Origin: Macrostomum lignano
Lineage: Eukaryota
Length of the DNA stretch: 64,000 nucleotides
Direction: 5' to 3'
Assembly (NCBI GenBank): GCA_002269645.1
Contig: NIVC01002911.1
Span: 1 to 64,000 of the forward strand
Both the position numbers and the translations under genes were made by a program. The notes beneath the pieces were generated by a model. It made no database searches and was not told where the DNA came from. It saw nothing but the letters and a program-made list of their open reading frames with translations. This document shows positions 34,836-47,852 of the stretch, piece by piece (within the stretch, counting starts at the first letter, position 1; every line of letters starts with the position of its first letter).

Positions 34836-35359
34836 CTTGTATACTCGTGATAAAGCAGCATGACTAGCAGCTCCCAGCGCCTTCGAACATCCTCTACAAC
34901 ATAGTCGAACAACAGCTGGTACAGGTCGCCGCCAAACTGCGCAGTCAGACCAGACAACAGACGCTGCCTAACAATGGACAGGCCCGGATGCGAGGTCACG
35001 TGACCAGCCGGATATAACAATCGTTCGAAAGCCATTCTAGCTAACTGAGCTTGAGTCTCTTTAGTTAGCGGAGTAACAGCCTTGTGCAAGCTGAATTGCT
35101 GTCTGGGACGCGAGGGTGCTTGTTGGACCGGAATGGACATGGCGGTGTCCGGCCTTGGTAGGTTGGGAAAGGCCGGCTTCTGCTGCTGCAGAGCTGCCGA
35201 GGCCGTCGCCGTTTCAGCCGTGGTAGCAGAAGATCCAGCGGCAGTTGAAGCAGCGGCAGCAGCTGCTGTATTGGCGCGTTTAGCTGGCAACTTCGAGCCG
35301 TCTGGAGCGAGGCCGGCTGCTAATAGCTGTGCAGCTAACAGTCTGGACAGGTGACCGAT
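34836..35359 (-). CDS. SYMPK: Symplekin exon 3
   Basis: CGTAG|ATC GGT CAC ... ACA AG|GTGAG. IGHLSRLLAAQL matches human IKHLARLMATQM; also MAFERLL and LLYHEY-like motifs. Confidence 0.9.
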
Positions 35360-35394
35360 CTACGTGGGATTATAGGCCGAGTAAGTGGGAGATT

Positions 35395-36030
35395 AGCGAT
35401 CTGAGGACTTAGGATTATGAGTCGAATTTGTGGATTTAGGATTATGAGTCGAATCTGAGGATTTAGGATTATGAGATGAATCTGAGGATTTAGGATTATG
35501 GGTTGAAACTGGGGATTTAGGATTATGAGTTGAATCTGAGGATTGAGAATTGAGTCGAATCTGAGAATTTAGGATTATGAGTTGAAACTGGGGAATGTGG
35601 GGATTTAGGATTATGAGTCGAATCTGAGGATTTAGGATTATGATTCGAATCTGAGGATTTAAGATTTTGAGTCAGCTGGATTAAGATTTAAGATTTTGAC
35701 AGTGGATTTAAGATTTTGAGTCGAATCTGGGGATTTATTAATCCGAGTCGAATCTTTGGATTTAGGATTATGAACTCGAATCTGAGGATTTAAGATTTTG
35801 AGTCGAATCTGGGGGATTTAAGATTTTGAGTCGAATCTGGGGGATTTAAGATTTTGAGTCGAATCTGGGGGATTTAAGATTTTGAGTCGAATCTGGGGAT
35901 TTAAGAATCCGAGTCGAATCTTGGCATTTAGGATTATGAACTCGAATCTGAGGATTTAGGATTGAGTCGAATTCGAAGATTATGAATCAAATTTGAGGAT
36001 TTAGGATTATTACTCAAATTTAAGATTTCA
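35395..36030. repeat. Degenerate ~27-bp minisatellite, symplekin intron 2
   Basis: Recurrent GAATCTGAGGATTTAGGATTATGAGTC. Confidence 0.88.
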
Positions 36031-36115
36031 AGAATGTTAAGACTCAAACGTGATGCTTTGCGATAGTCAAAAAGCTTATTATAGACAATTTCGCAAATAT
36101 CCCAAGGACTCCAAC

Positions 36116-36682
36116 CTGAGCGGGGGTGCCGGCAGCAGCAATAGGCGTGTAGGTGCTCTGAAAGGCTGGCGGTATTGAGTCCGGCAGCATCACCATGCTG
36201 AGCAGCACCAGGTCGGACACGTTGGCCGGTGTCAGCTTTCCGACCAGTTTCTCGGCCGCTTTGTCCAGCTCGGACGCTTCGCCAGCCTCGTCGTCTTCAA
36301 AGTCGTCCGCGGCGGCTGCGGCGGCTGCGGCGGCAGCTGAAGAAGCCGGCGCTCCGCCAACAGCAGCAGCGGAGGTCGCTGACGCGCCGGCGCCAGAACC
36401 GACCGCATCGTCGTCAAGGCGAGGCCGCTTGCTGACGCCGCTTTCGCCGCCTGAGGCAGACGCAGCCGCTGCGGCGGCCGCCTGTTGAAGCCGTTCAGCG
36501 GCCTCCTGTTGGCGACGCTTCCGGGTCGCTTCGTCGACTCTGGGCATCGCTTTGACCACCTCGGCTTGGGTGGCGCCGAGGTCTGTCAGCAGCGTGGCAA
36601 CCTGCTGCTGGTGATCCAAACTGCTGGGATGGCGCAGTATTGACAGCAGGCATTGCTTCAGGCACTTGCGGACTGAGGTTAC
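36116..36682 (-). CDS. SYMPK: Symplekin exon 2
   Basis: GCCAG|GTA ACC ... GCT CAG|GTTGGA. VTSVRKCLKQCLLSILRHP and LTPANVSDLVLLSMVMLPDSIPPAFQSTYTPIAAAGT match symplekin. Confidence 0.92.
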
Positions 36683-36984
36683 CTGGCGAGAAGTAGGGGG
36701 GGGGGACTTCTTGAACTTTTACCAAATACTTGCCTACAGCCTTTAAGTCACGTGACAAGAAGAAAGTTGTGTACCCGGCCCTTGGGTCATCTGAAACTTC
36801 ACAATATAGCTCAAGGTTTGTGTCTCATCTCACTTCTCTCATCTACTCTCTCATCCCATATCCTCTTTCCTTTTCTCTATTCTCTCTCTTCTTACCTCTC
36901 ATCTGGCCTGCGGCTATGAACTTGATTGTTTATCTGGACCTTGAAGTAAAAAAGTCTACCGACCCCTGGTTAATGCCCATTCAG

Positions 36985-37535
36985 ACAATATAAAGTCACG
37001 TGACTGCCTGTTCAGATGCAATATAAAGTCACGTGACTACCCGTTAAGACACAATATAGTCACGTGACTGCCTGTTCAGATGCAATATAAAGTCACGTGA
37101 CTACCCGTTAAGACACAATATAAAGTCACGTGACTGCCTGTTCAGATGCAATATAAAGTCACGTGACTGCCTGTTCAGATGCAATATAAAGTCACGTGAC
37201 TGCCTGTTCAGATGCAATATAAAGCCACGTGACTACCCGTTCAGACAATATGAAGTTACGTACGTGACTACCCGTTCAGACACAATATAAAGTCACGTGA
37301 CTGCCCGTTCAGACACATTATTATGTCACGTGACTGCCTGTTCAGATGCAATATAAAGTCACGTGACTACCCGTCAAGACACAATATAGTCACGTGACTG
37401 CCTGTTCAGATGCAATATAAAGTCACGTGACTGCCCGTTCAGATGCAAATTAAAATCACGTGACTGCCCGTTCAGGCGCAATTATAAAGTCACGTGACTG
37501 CCCGTTTAGATACAAGATTAAAAGTCACGCGACTT
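36985..37535. repeat. Minisatellite, ~33-bp unit with a GTCACGTGAC palindrome, symplekin intron 1
   Basis: Unit TCACGTGACTGCCTGTTCAGATGCAATATAAAG; 13 perfect GTCACGTGAC plus ~4 variants. Confidence 0.93.
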
Positions 37536-38239
37536 GTCTATTATTGCAGTTGAAACCGTAGCAACTTAAGGAGACGACAAGGCTGTGGACAGAAAGAGAA
37601 GTCTTTTTGACAATAAGCGGCACAAATTCTTAATCGATTTTGACAGAGTAGTTCTGACAGGATTCTGTCATTTTCTAAGCGTTCCTCATGCAAGTAGGCA
37701 GACTCGCTACCTCAAGAAGACACTCGAAAACAACATTGATAAAGCGAACGAGATGCCAAATTTGATCTTGTGAACTCAAGTAATGCAGTCGAATTCTTTA
37801 CGAAGGTAAACGACTTCGTTAACTGAGTCCACGGCTTCTCGAGACAGGTATCCAAAGAGAAAAACCAAGTTCAATGGTTTTTTTACAAAAGCCAGATTGT
37901 AGAGCTTCCATCGATTTTTTTCTGTAATATCCAATTGGTTTAGTTGGCAAGAAGACTTGGCGCTCACAGAGCTGTGTATGCAGCTGGCACAGCCGTGCTG
38001 ACACTACCGAGTGTCTGCAACTCCCAATCCCACAGCCTGTATTCCCACCGCAGTTTACTTTCAAATAATATTAGTCGCAGGGAAGACTGTGAGCACCTGG
38101 TGCAACGCTTTTGGCAACATCGTTCCGCAGCCACAAACAACAACGCTGAGATTCCTGAGCAGGAAGGCACGCACTCATACACAGCGCTCACACAGGGTGT
38201 ACAGGGTCCTGACTTACTAATTCCTAATTATGGATATCT

Positions 38240-39000
38240 AATTATGGATGTCATAATTCAGGTAATCCCATAATCCTAATTGGAGATTTCATCATATAGT
38301 TAAAAATCCCTAATTAGAGATTTTTCATCCATGGTAGATACTCAGAATTAATCCCTAATTAAAGATCCCATAATCCAGGTAATAAATCCCTAATTTAATG
38401 ATCCCATAATCCAGGTAATAAATCCCTTATTTAATGATCCCATAATCCAGGTAGTAAATCCCTAATTAGAGATTCTATCATCCAGGTAATAATTCCTTAA
38501 TTAGAGATCCCATCCTTCAGGTAATGAATCCCTAATTATAGATCCCATCCTTCAGGTAATAAGTCCCTAATTAGAGATCTCATCATGCAGGTAATAAGTC
38601 CCTAATTAGAGATCCCATCATGCAGGTAATAAATCCCTAATTATAGATCCCATCCTTCAGGTAATAAGTCCCTAATTAGAGATCTCATCATGCAGGTAAT
38701 AAGTCCCTAATTAGAGATCCCATCATGCAGGTAATAAATCCCTAATTATAGATCCCATCCTTCAGGTAATAAGTCCCTAATTAGAGATCTCATCATGCAG
38801 GTAATAAGTCCCTAATTAGAGATCCCATCATGCAGGTAATAAGTCCCTAATTAGAGATCTCATCATGCAGGTAATAAATCCTTAATTAGACATCCCATAA
38901 TCCAGAGAAATAAATCTCTAATTAAAGATCCCATTATTCAGGCAATAAATCCCTAATTATAGATCGCATCATCCAGGCAACAAATCATTAATTAGAGACA
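38240..39000. repeat. Minisatellite, 35-bp unit, symplekin intron 1
   Basis: Unit GATCCCATCATGCAGGTAATAAGTCCCTAATTAGA. Confidence 0.92.
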
Positions 39001-39054
39001 GCATCAGGTCCCATCATCATGCATTAAAAAAGAATGAAAGAATACAAATCATAC

Positions 39055-39858
39055 CTGGGACGTGGCCAGCTGTGGCGGCAGATTAACGTGCAAAGTCTCT
39101 AAGCTAGCAACAGCCCTAGCCATAAACTGAGGCCTCTGTAGGGCAATATTAACCAGCGAATTCATGCCCACCTGTAGGCAGATACTGCTAGAGTCGCTGT
39201 GAGCCAAAGTTAGCAGCTCGTCAAAGCACCGTTTGCCTTCGTCTTCCAATCGTTTAATATTCAAAGTCCGATGATCCAATGGTATTTGATCCAGCGACAC
39301 GTCTTTCTCTTGAGCTTTGGGAATTTCAGAGTCCGGCCGTCGGCGCGACTGGGTGAGCACAACCGCTTCGAGAAACTTGATAACAAATGCTCGAATACCT
39401 TCATTATCGCTGGCCAGTAGGGCTAAAATTCGTTCTTTAATTTTGCAAGCGATGCCAAATGTGTCAACTATGACTTTGTTAGCGCCTTTACTCCTAGCCA
39501 GCCACGATAGGCAGAGCTTGTACACTACAGTGTGCGCTCCGATCACTCGTTTGATAACGTTCAGCTTCTCCTTGTCATTCTGTATGATGTGATACAGCCG
39601 TTCGACACCTTTGCGCAGATGATCGTTGTCGTACTTGCAGGCTAATTCAATGAATTCTACAACAGCCCGGCGCACTTCGGCGTGCTTGTCGTGCTGGAAG
39701 TCCATGAATTCGTCTAAGAAATTGTCTAGCAGAGATGGCTCGCGGTGAAAGATCAGCTCGCGAACCTGGGATAAACAGTCGAGTTTCTCCTTGGCAACGA
39801 AGCTAGTCTGAGCGTCGCCTAGCAACTGTACAACTCGTTGAAACGTATTTGACGGCAT
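39055..39858 (-). CDS. SYMPK: Symplekin exon 1 (N-terminal HEAT domain); full CDS 3513 nt, 1170 aa over six exons
   Basis: ELIFHREPSLLDNFLDEF..FQHDK..EVRR.VVEFIELACK, NEGIRAFVIKFLE.VVL, IALQRPQFMARAV...LHVNLPP match symplekin. Donor CAG|GTATG. Confidence 0.95.
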
Positions 39859-40024
39859 GTTAAATGGCGGCTGAAGTGAGAAGGATTTATAAACATAGAG
39901 ATGATGTACTGATATTGAATACTAAATATACTTAGATAGTAAATTGGAATTTAAGATGGACGATTGCACCGTTAACTACGAGCTTAGAAGCTTGATAAAC
40001 TGGAAAGTCTGTTGGCGGCTTGGC

Positions 40025-40510
40025 AGTTGGCAGCTGAGGATCTGGGAGGCTGGCCCAGCAACTCTGGGGATCTGGAAGGCTGGCCCAGCAACTCTGGGGA
40101 TCTGGAAGGCTGGCCCAGCAACTCTGGGGATTTGGAAGGCTGGCCCAGCAACTCTGGGGATCTGGAAGGCTGGCCCAGCAACTCTGGGGATCTGGAAGGC
40201 TGGCCCAGCAACTCTGGGGATCTGGAAGGCTGGCCCAGCAACTCTGGGGATCTGGAAGGCTGGCCCAGCAACTCTGGGGATCTGGGAGGCTGGTGGCTCA
40301 GCAACTGAGGATCTGGGAGGCTAGTGACTCAGAGAATGAGGATCTGGGAGGCTGGCCCAGCAACTGAGAGGATCTGGGAGGCTAGTGACTCAGAGAATGA
40401 GGATCTGGGAGGCTAGTGACTCAGAGAATGAGGATCTGGGAGGCTAGTGGCTCAGAGATTGAGGATCTGGGAGGCTGGCCCAGCAACTGAGAGGATCTGG
40501 GAGGCTCAGA
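40025..40510. repeat. 28-30-bp minisatellite of the GGCTGGCCCAGCAACT family (copy 2), just upstream of the symplekin ATG
   Basis: Unit GGCTGGCCCAGCAACTCTGGGGATCTGGAA. Confidence 0.93.
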
Positions 40511-42187
40511 GGCTGGCAGTCCAACCTAGAAGCGAAAATTCAAAGCGACTTCGTCAACGAGATGCAGGCAGCCAAAACAACGAGTTCAAGAGCGGGGAGC
40601 TTGAAGAGGCCTGAAGAATATTTCATTCGAAAATTGACTTGATTTGTTATAAAGCGGCTTCGGTTTTTTCTAACCAAAGAGCCCGCATAACCATTGATAG
40701 CTCAAAAGCAAAGAATACTCAAAGAAGGCGGAAGAGCCGCAGATTAAAAGACAAGTAGGGAAAAAGAAAAATCTCCAAAAAAAGGCTGCAGATGGCAGAG
40801 CTTAATCAAAGGTAAACGAGAGTTATTCCTTTATCATTGAGAAAGGGTTTTTGCCGCTCAAGAGCAAGTGCCCCTATACAACTGGGACGTGAGCATCTGC
40901 CAGATTTGCTACTGAAAATCTCTTGATCAGTATATTTTTCATCCTTTCTCCAAAAAACCTGTTGAGCTGCATGAAAGAATAAACAAGTCGCAGGTTTCGC
41001 TTGGCAGCTGATTAAACAAATCGTGCTCCTCTGTTGAGAGAGGCATAGGCATTGTCACTGGGCACGGCTCATTCGGTAGCTCTTAGAAGCAGAAAGAAAA
41101 ATAACTAGACAGAAACGGGGGAAAACTAAAAGATTATAAAATTTGAGATTTTGCAACTAATAAAGAAACACACGTACGATAGAATTTAGATAGCCCATTT
41201 TTATCTAATCAAGAAAAAAACGAGACTGATTTAAACAGCTGAGGCTGGTCAAGCGTTTTCTCAGTGGCACAAAGACCTTCCATTCGATGCTCTTCCTTTA
41301 GGGTAGAAAAAATCCACAGTAGACACTCGAAATGTACTTTGAAAAAAAGCGAATGTGATATGCTACTCACAAAAGTATGATAAGTAGCATGCAATGAAAA
41401 TTGAACAATTTCTAGTTTTTTTTATGAAAGACAAACAAAAGAACTTTAAGAACAATACTTTTTGATGCAACTACTACACAAATCCTATTGCAGAGGATTG
41501 CCTTGGAATTCAAATAGCTTTATGTGAATATTTAAGCAAAATAATCTAAGGGCATAGGGTAATGGAGTTGGCTATGACTATTGCTTTTTGAATCACTGGG
41601 GGAAAACTCAATGATACTATGAGATTTGGGTATCCAGATCTTCAATCAAATTATCAAATTTTATTATTATATTCCAAGATAGACATCTATCTTTAATGAT
41701 ATATTTTATTCATCAAGCTAGAACTTTGATATATCAATTTCTATCAACTGAATGACTAAACAATAATGACATATATTATTGTTTAGTAATTTAATAGTAC
41801 TATATATACTTTACTATATATTTACTATACTATATATACTATATATACTTTTATAATACTATAATAATACTGTATTATTGTTTAATAATTTAGTAATGTA
41901 TTAAAAGTCACTGAGAAAACACAAATTGAAGCTTTTCTATTTGTTCATAATTGCACATCATTTTAGAGCATTCTGGCATTAGAGGAGAACAATATTGATA
42001 TCACTTGGAGCCACAAACAACAGAGAGAATTAGAATGCACAAAATCTATAGTCCATCTAGCTAGAACAAGAACTGCCACCATTTATCTCTTCCTTACTGA
42101 CCCAGTCAATAAGATGAAATGAAAAATAAAACTTGAACATAATTTGTGACACCTATGATACCTATACCAATGGTTTGGCATAGTGAC

Positions 42188-42580
42188 TAGAGGTCGGATG
42201 GGATCCCGATCCCGATCCCGAAATCTCGGGATCCCGAGGAAAATTGAATTCCCGCGGGACCAGAATCCCGACCCTAAAAAAGTCGAGATTCGGGAACAGG
42301 TCTTTCGATTAATAATTTATAGAATTAGTGATTACTTAAAGGTATTTTGCTTCAACTTGTACTCGTTATATTATTTACTTTGTTGGTTACAAAACTTCAT
42401 ATCAATTTCGTTGTGTTTTACTTCTTGATCTTGACAATCTTTTCTCAATTTTGTTTAACTTTACATGGACAATACACTAAAAGACCTGATCCTGATTCCC
42501 GAATCCCGATCCCGATCCCGAGAAAAAAATTATTCCCGATCCCGATCCCGCCCGAAGATTTCAATCCCGTCTGACCTCTA
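42188..42580. mobile_element. Non-autonomous hAT-type MITE, 393 bp
   Basis: 17-bp TIRs TAGAGGTC(G/A)GA(T/C)GGGAT. Perfect 8-bp TSD ATAGTGAC at 42180-42187 and 42581-42588. Subterminal ATCCCG repeats. Confidence 0.9.
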
Positions 42581-43929
42581 ATAGTGACAGGTGTGATACA
42601 GCTGACACCACATCTGACAATAGTCACTGCTGTGACAATGAGGCTAAAGACACCCAACACTGACAACAATATTGCCCTTGACACTTAGATCAACAGATTG
42701 CATCTTGAAATAATAAAAACATTTGACAAAATCTAGCTAACAAAAGCATTGATTCTGAATCACCATGTGGAGTGTTGTTGCTAACAATGCTAAGTGCTTA
42801 CTAAAGCTGCAATGCCATTTGCCAAATCAGGCAACTGAAGCAGCTGGTGCTACAGTATGTCTTGCCTCTTCTAGAAGGCCTTGCTAGTTCACTTGATATA
42901 AAATGTCCCAGCTATATATATTATAATCTTTTAATAATAATGCTTTTAAAAATTGAACTATTAGAGAGAAAATTATTGTAGGGCATAATATTTTCAATAT
43001 CTATTAGCCATGTTATTCATGAGAAAACCTAGGTCTATATTTACTACTTTGAGTAGGCTTAATAGATTTGCTATTTCTATTTTAGTTTGCCTCAATATAG
43101 AATCATACTAAAATTGCTTAATAATATATATTAACATGGTTACAACTGGGCAATCTTTTAGTTTTGCACATTTAAAATTATTTTTTTTAAAAATAATGAC
43201 CTCTTTAGTTATTGCAACTAAATATTAAAACTCCTAAGAGTATAAGACATGGCAATGTGTCAATTCTATATCTAGGTCACTAGTTTGAGATGGCTAAAGG
43301 CTATGTCTATAGCAAAAACCTGCAATTGCTCCTTGTTTTTTTAAAGGGACTGAGGTAGAAAGGACTAGGACTGGGATTCTGAGAGATTTCTTGCTTTGAT
43401 TGCTTTCTTAAGCAATCTTGATTGTCAATCTTAAGTAATCCTCCTTCCTATATACTAAAAATGAGTTGTCTGTATCTATCTATCTATCTATCTAGCTATG
43501 CGATAGTTTTCAGAAAAATTGGCTCAACCGATTTTCTTCAAACTTGCACCATTTGATCAGAAATTTTCCTGGCACAGTACATGCATCTTGGCTAAGAAAT
43601 TGCTCAATGTTAAAGGTATTAAATATTCGAAAAACATGCTTTTTTGCAAAGGTCAAGCAAAATTTTCGACTTGAAATGCATTGTAAGAATGCTAGAGAAA
43701 AAGCTGACTGACTGAATTCCGATTGTGATAAAGATTGCATCACAACAAGATAAAAACAGTGTCGAAAAAATGCACACACGACTTGATTAAAATTGCGTAA
43801 CCATATTGCTAACTTAAATTGAAACTGATACTGGCTGACTGAGAAATTGATTATGTCATAACTTTTTACTCCAATTGACTTGCTGTAAGAATTGAATTAT
43901 AAGGGCCACAATTCATGTTCTCCAATTGA

Positions 43930-43998
43930 AAAGAGATAGCCCAGATGCGAACAGACTGAAATGCTAATGTAGCGACCTGGGTTCGAATCTTAGCAATG
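43930..43998 (+). other. Degenerate tRNA-derived sequence (possible SINE head or tRNA pseudogene)
   Basis: A-box-like TAGCCCAGATG (43937) and T-arm/B-box CTGGG-TTCGAAT-CTTAG (43977-43993) at tRNA-like spacing. No acceptor stem or anticodon arm is recognisable. Confidence 0.35.
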
Positions 43999-44039
43999 CA
44001 AAATAATTTTTTTATTAAAACACTTTAAAAAACACAACA

Positions 44040-45885
44040 TGCTAAACATAAAAAAGCGCAATGTCAAACATAAAAGTGGCACCATGTTGAACATTAAATT
44101 AAGAGCCACAATGTTGAACATTAAAGAGCCACCATGTTTAACATTAAAGAGCCACCATGTCAAAAATAAAAGAGCCACCATGTCACACATAAAAGAGCCA
44201 CCATGTCGAACATCAAAGAGCCACCATACAAAATATAAAAGAGTCACCATGCCAAACATAAAAGAGCCACTATTTCAAACATTAAAGAGCCACAATATGA
44301 GACATAAAAGAGCAACCATGTCAAATATAAAAGAGCTACCATGTCAAACATTAAAGAGCCACCATGTAGAACATTAAAGAGCGACCACCATGTCAAACGT
44401 AAAAAAAGCCACTATGTCAAACATAAAAGCGCCACCATGTAAAACATATACGTGACTCCATGTCAAACATAAAAGAGCCACCATGAAGAACATTAAAGAG
44501 CAACTATGTCAAACAATAAAGAGCCACCTTGTCAAATATTTTAAAAGCACCATGTCAAACAATAAAGAGCCACCATGTCGAACATTAAAGAGCCACCATG
44601 TCCAACATTATAGAGCCACCATGTTGAACATTAACGAGTCACCATGTCAAGTATATTCGTGACTCCATGTCGAACATTAGAGAGCCACCATGTCGAACAT
44701 TAAAGAGGCATCATGTCTAACATTAAAGAGCCACCATGTCTAACATTAAAGAGCCACCATTTCGAACATTAAAGAGCCACCATGTCTAACATTAAAGAGC
44801 CACCATGTCTAACATTAAAGAGCCACCATGTCTAACATTAAAGAGCCACCAAGTAAAAAATTAATGAGCCACCATGTCTAACATTAAAGAGCCACCATAT
44901 CTAACATTATAGAGCCACCATGCCGAACATTAAAGAGCCACCATTTCAAACATTAAAGAGTCATCATTACATTAAGGTGCCACCAGGTCAAACATTAAAG
45001 AGCCACCATGTCTAACATTAAAGAGCCACCATGTCAAACATAAAAGAGCCACCATGTCAAACATAAAAGAGCCACCATGTCAAACATAAAAGAGCCACCA
45101 TGTCAAACATTAAAGAGCCACCATGTCAAACATTAAAGAGCCACCATGTCAAACATTAAAGAGCCACCATGTCAAACTTAAAACAGCCACCATGTCAAAC
45201 ATAAAAGAGCCACCATGTCAAACATATATGTGACTCCATGTCAAACAGTAAAGAGCCACCATGTCAAGCACAAAAGAGCCACCATGTCTAACATAAAAGA
45301 ACCACCATGTCAACATAAAAGAGCCACCATGTCAAACATTAAAGAGCCGCAATGTCAAACATTAAAGAGCCATCATGTCTAACATTAAAGAGCCACCATG
45401 TCTAACATTAAAGAGCCACCATGTCTAACATAAAAGAGCCACCATGTCAAACATAAAAGAGCCACCATGTCGAACATAAAAGAACCACCATGTCGAACAT
45501 AAAAGAGCCACCATGTCAAACATAAAAGAGCCACCATGTCAAACATTAAAGAGCCACCATGTCGAACATTAAAGAGCCACCATGTCAAACATAAAAGAGC
45601 CACCATGTCAAACATATATGTGACTCTATGTCAAACAGTAAAGAGCCACCATGTCAAGCATAAAAGAGCCACCATGTCGAATATAAAAGAACCACCATGT
45701 CGAAAATTAAAGAGCCACCATGTCAAACATTAAAGAGCCATAATGTCAAACATTAAAGAGCCACCATGTCGAACATTAAAGGGCCACCATGTCAAACATA
45801 AAAGTTCCCCTATGTCAAACAATAAAGAGACACCATGTCAGACATTAAAAAAACCCCGAATCAAACATAAGAGAGCCACCATGTA
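44040..45885. repeat. Minisatellite, 23-bp unit, ~80 copies
   Basis: Unit GAGCCACCATGTCAAACAT(T/A)AAA. Confidence 0.96.
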
Positions 45886-46545
45886 GAATATAAAATTTTA
45901 CACAATTTCAAATGTAAAAGTAAGCGTCATGCCAATTTTAAAGGAGCCACTATAGAGCTAAGGAAATTGTCGCACTAGCTACTTATTGTATGGTGGATGC
46001 TTACTATTTGGGGATGCTTGCTATCTGGGGGATGCTTGCAATCTGGGGATGCTTGCTATCTGGGGGATGCTTGCTGTCTTGGGATGATTTCTTTTTGCAT
46101 TACACTTTATTTAAGCAGTTTGTCTGTCGTCTTTGTGAAGGCTTTATTTGGCTGTCTTTTTGTTACTTGTAGAGAACAGAGATTCTATACAGATGTCCCC
46201 TAACGGGGGGCAAAGATTGCTAGTAACAACTCTTCTTGATCATGGCTAGATGCCCTGTTATACCTACTAGCATAAGCCCAGTTCAGGGGCCATGCATGGT
46301 ACATCTAAGGCCTTGTTTGATGACAATACCTACCTAAATAAATTTCTATGGCACTGTTGCCACCTAGGTAACATTTTCAGCAACATACTTTAACTCTTCT
46401 AGGTGGCCCACTACTACAATGTCTATAATGCAACCAAACGTGACAAAACAAACTCTAACTATTGTTTAATTTTGTTAAAACTTTGTTCAAAATTCTTTAA
46501 ATTCAAAAAAATAATTAAACATGCAAAACTAGAGGATTGCCTAAT

Positions 46546-47043
46546 ATGTGTGGGTTCCCCGACAGATATTCACCTGACAGATATTTTTTTCTTTGGGCAG
46601 ATAATTCAAACAAAAAATGAATTTATCAAGAAATGAAAAGTTTTGGTTTATCTTGGTTGAAGATCGTTGATCAACAAAAACTTTGATTTATTGCTGCGTC
46701 TCAATGCTTCAATCATTTGCTCTGAAACTTTTATCACTTCTTGACGCATGTCTCAGCTTTGCAATGCCATCTTAGACACATGATTCCCTTTTGTATTTCC
46801 CGAGATATTTGCTTCCAAAATGTGTTTGTTAGGGGTGCCAATGAATTCGTCTTTTGACACACTTTGCATTCATGCCAATTTTTTATTCTTTGGGTCAGAA
46901 AAATTCTGCTTACAAATTTTTAAAGCTGAATATGGCGTCAGAGTAAGAAATGTATCCTGAAACATAAATTCATTTTTTGTTTGATTTATCTGCCCGAAGA
47001 AAAAATATCTGTTGTGTGAATATCTGTCGGGGAACCCACACAT
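46546..47043. mobile_element. MITE with ~80-bp TIRs
   Basis: ATGTGTGGGTTCCCCGACAGATATTCAC...GGGCAGATAA.TCAAACAAAAAATGAATTTAT is mirrored at the right end. No clear TSD. Confidence 0.8.
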
Positions 47044-47255
47044 CTTATATTACTATATATAGCTAGGCCTATATATATTCAAAATTATAGTTTTTGAGTC
47101 CTTTATTTTGCATTTTATTTCAAGTTAGTGAATTCCATGTAGTTTATTTATTCTGCAATTTATCATTTTTCTACAGATTCAACATTTTATTGTGCTATTC
47201 TATTCCAATTCTGCTGCAGCTTCTACATTTTACTGCGTGCCAAAATTATCAAATT

Positions 47256-47852
47256 ACAGGTTACTTCAGTGACAAAAATAGTATGGAGCATGGAGCATTT
47301 GTTTAAAGTTTTTGCTTCTATTGTTAAAGGTTACTATTGAATAATTAACTATTATTTTTATTATTGTTTGTCACTTTTAAAAAAAAACTTCCTCATCATA
47401 ATAATTTTGCAATTTTGTTGTAATTCAATGTTGCTAAGCAACTAATTGCAAAATGTATGCTTTAGAAACTAATATAGCCTATTTTATGGTAGTGTAAAAT
47501 ATGATAGTGGTTTTTTCATTGTCAATGTATGCTTGTATGAAATTCAAGAACATTTTTATGTATGTAGGCAAACTGCAAAAAGGTTTTATTGCGATGCTAA
47601 ATTTTGTAAAATCTGTCCAAGAGAGAACACAAAAAAGAATGAATTGAAAACAAATAAAAAAAAGAATAAAACTGAATATGTCACAATTGAGTTCAAAATT
47701 ATTATTATCACGAAGTTTTATCTCAAAAAAGTGACAAACAATAATAATAACAATAATAATTAAATATTCAATACTAACCTTTAAAAACGGAAGCAAAAAC
47801 TTTAAACAAATGCTCCATGCTCCATACTATTTTTGTTACCTAAGTAACCTGT
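47256..47852. mobile_element. Foldback/MITE with ~155-bp imperfect inverted arms
   Basis: ACAGGTTACTT..TGACAAAAATAGTATGGAGCATGGAGCATTTGTTTAAAGTTTTTGCTTC is mirrored at 47790-47852. No clear TSD. Confidence 0.8.

Noticed and set aside
43445-43800. Non-autonomous Helitron-like start (CCTATATACTAAAA, (TATC)n, CCGATTTTCTTCAAACTT)
   Set aside because: No 3' hairpin plus CTAG terminus could be located.
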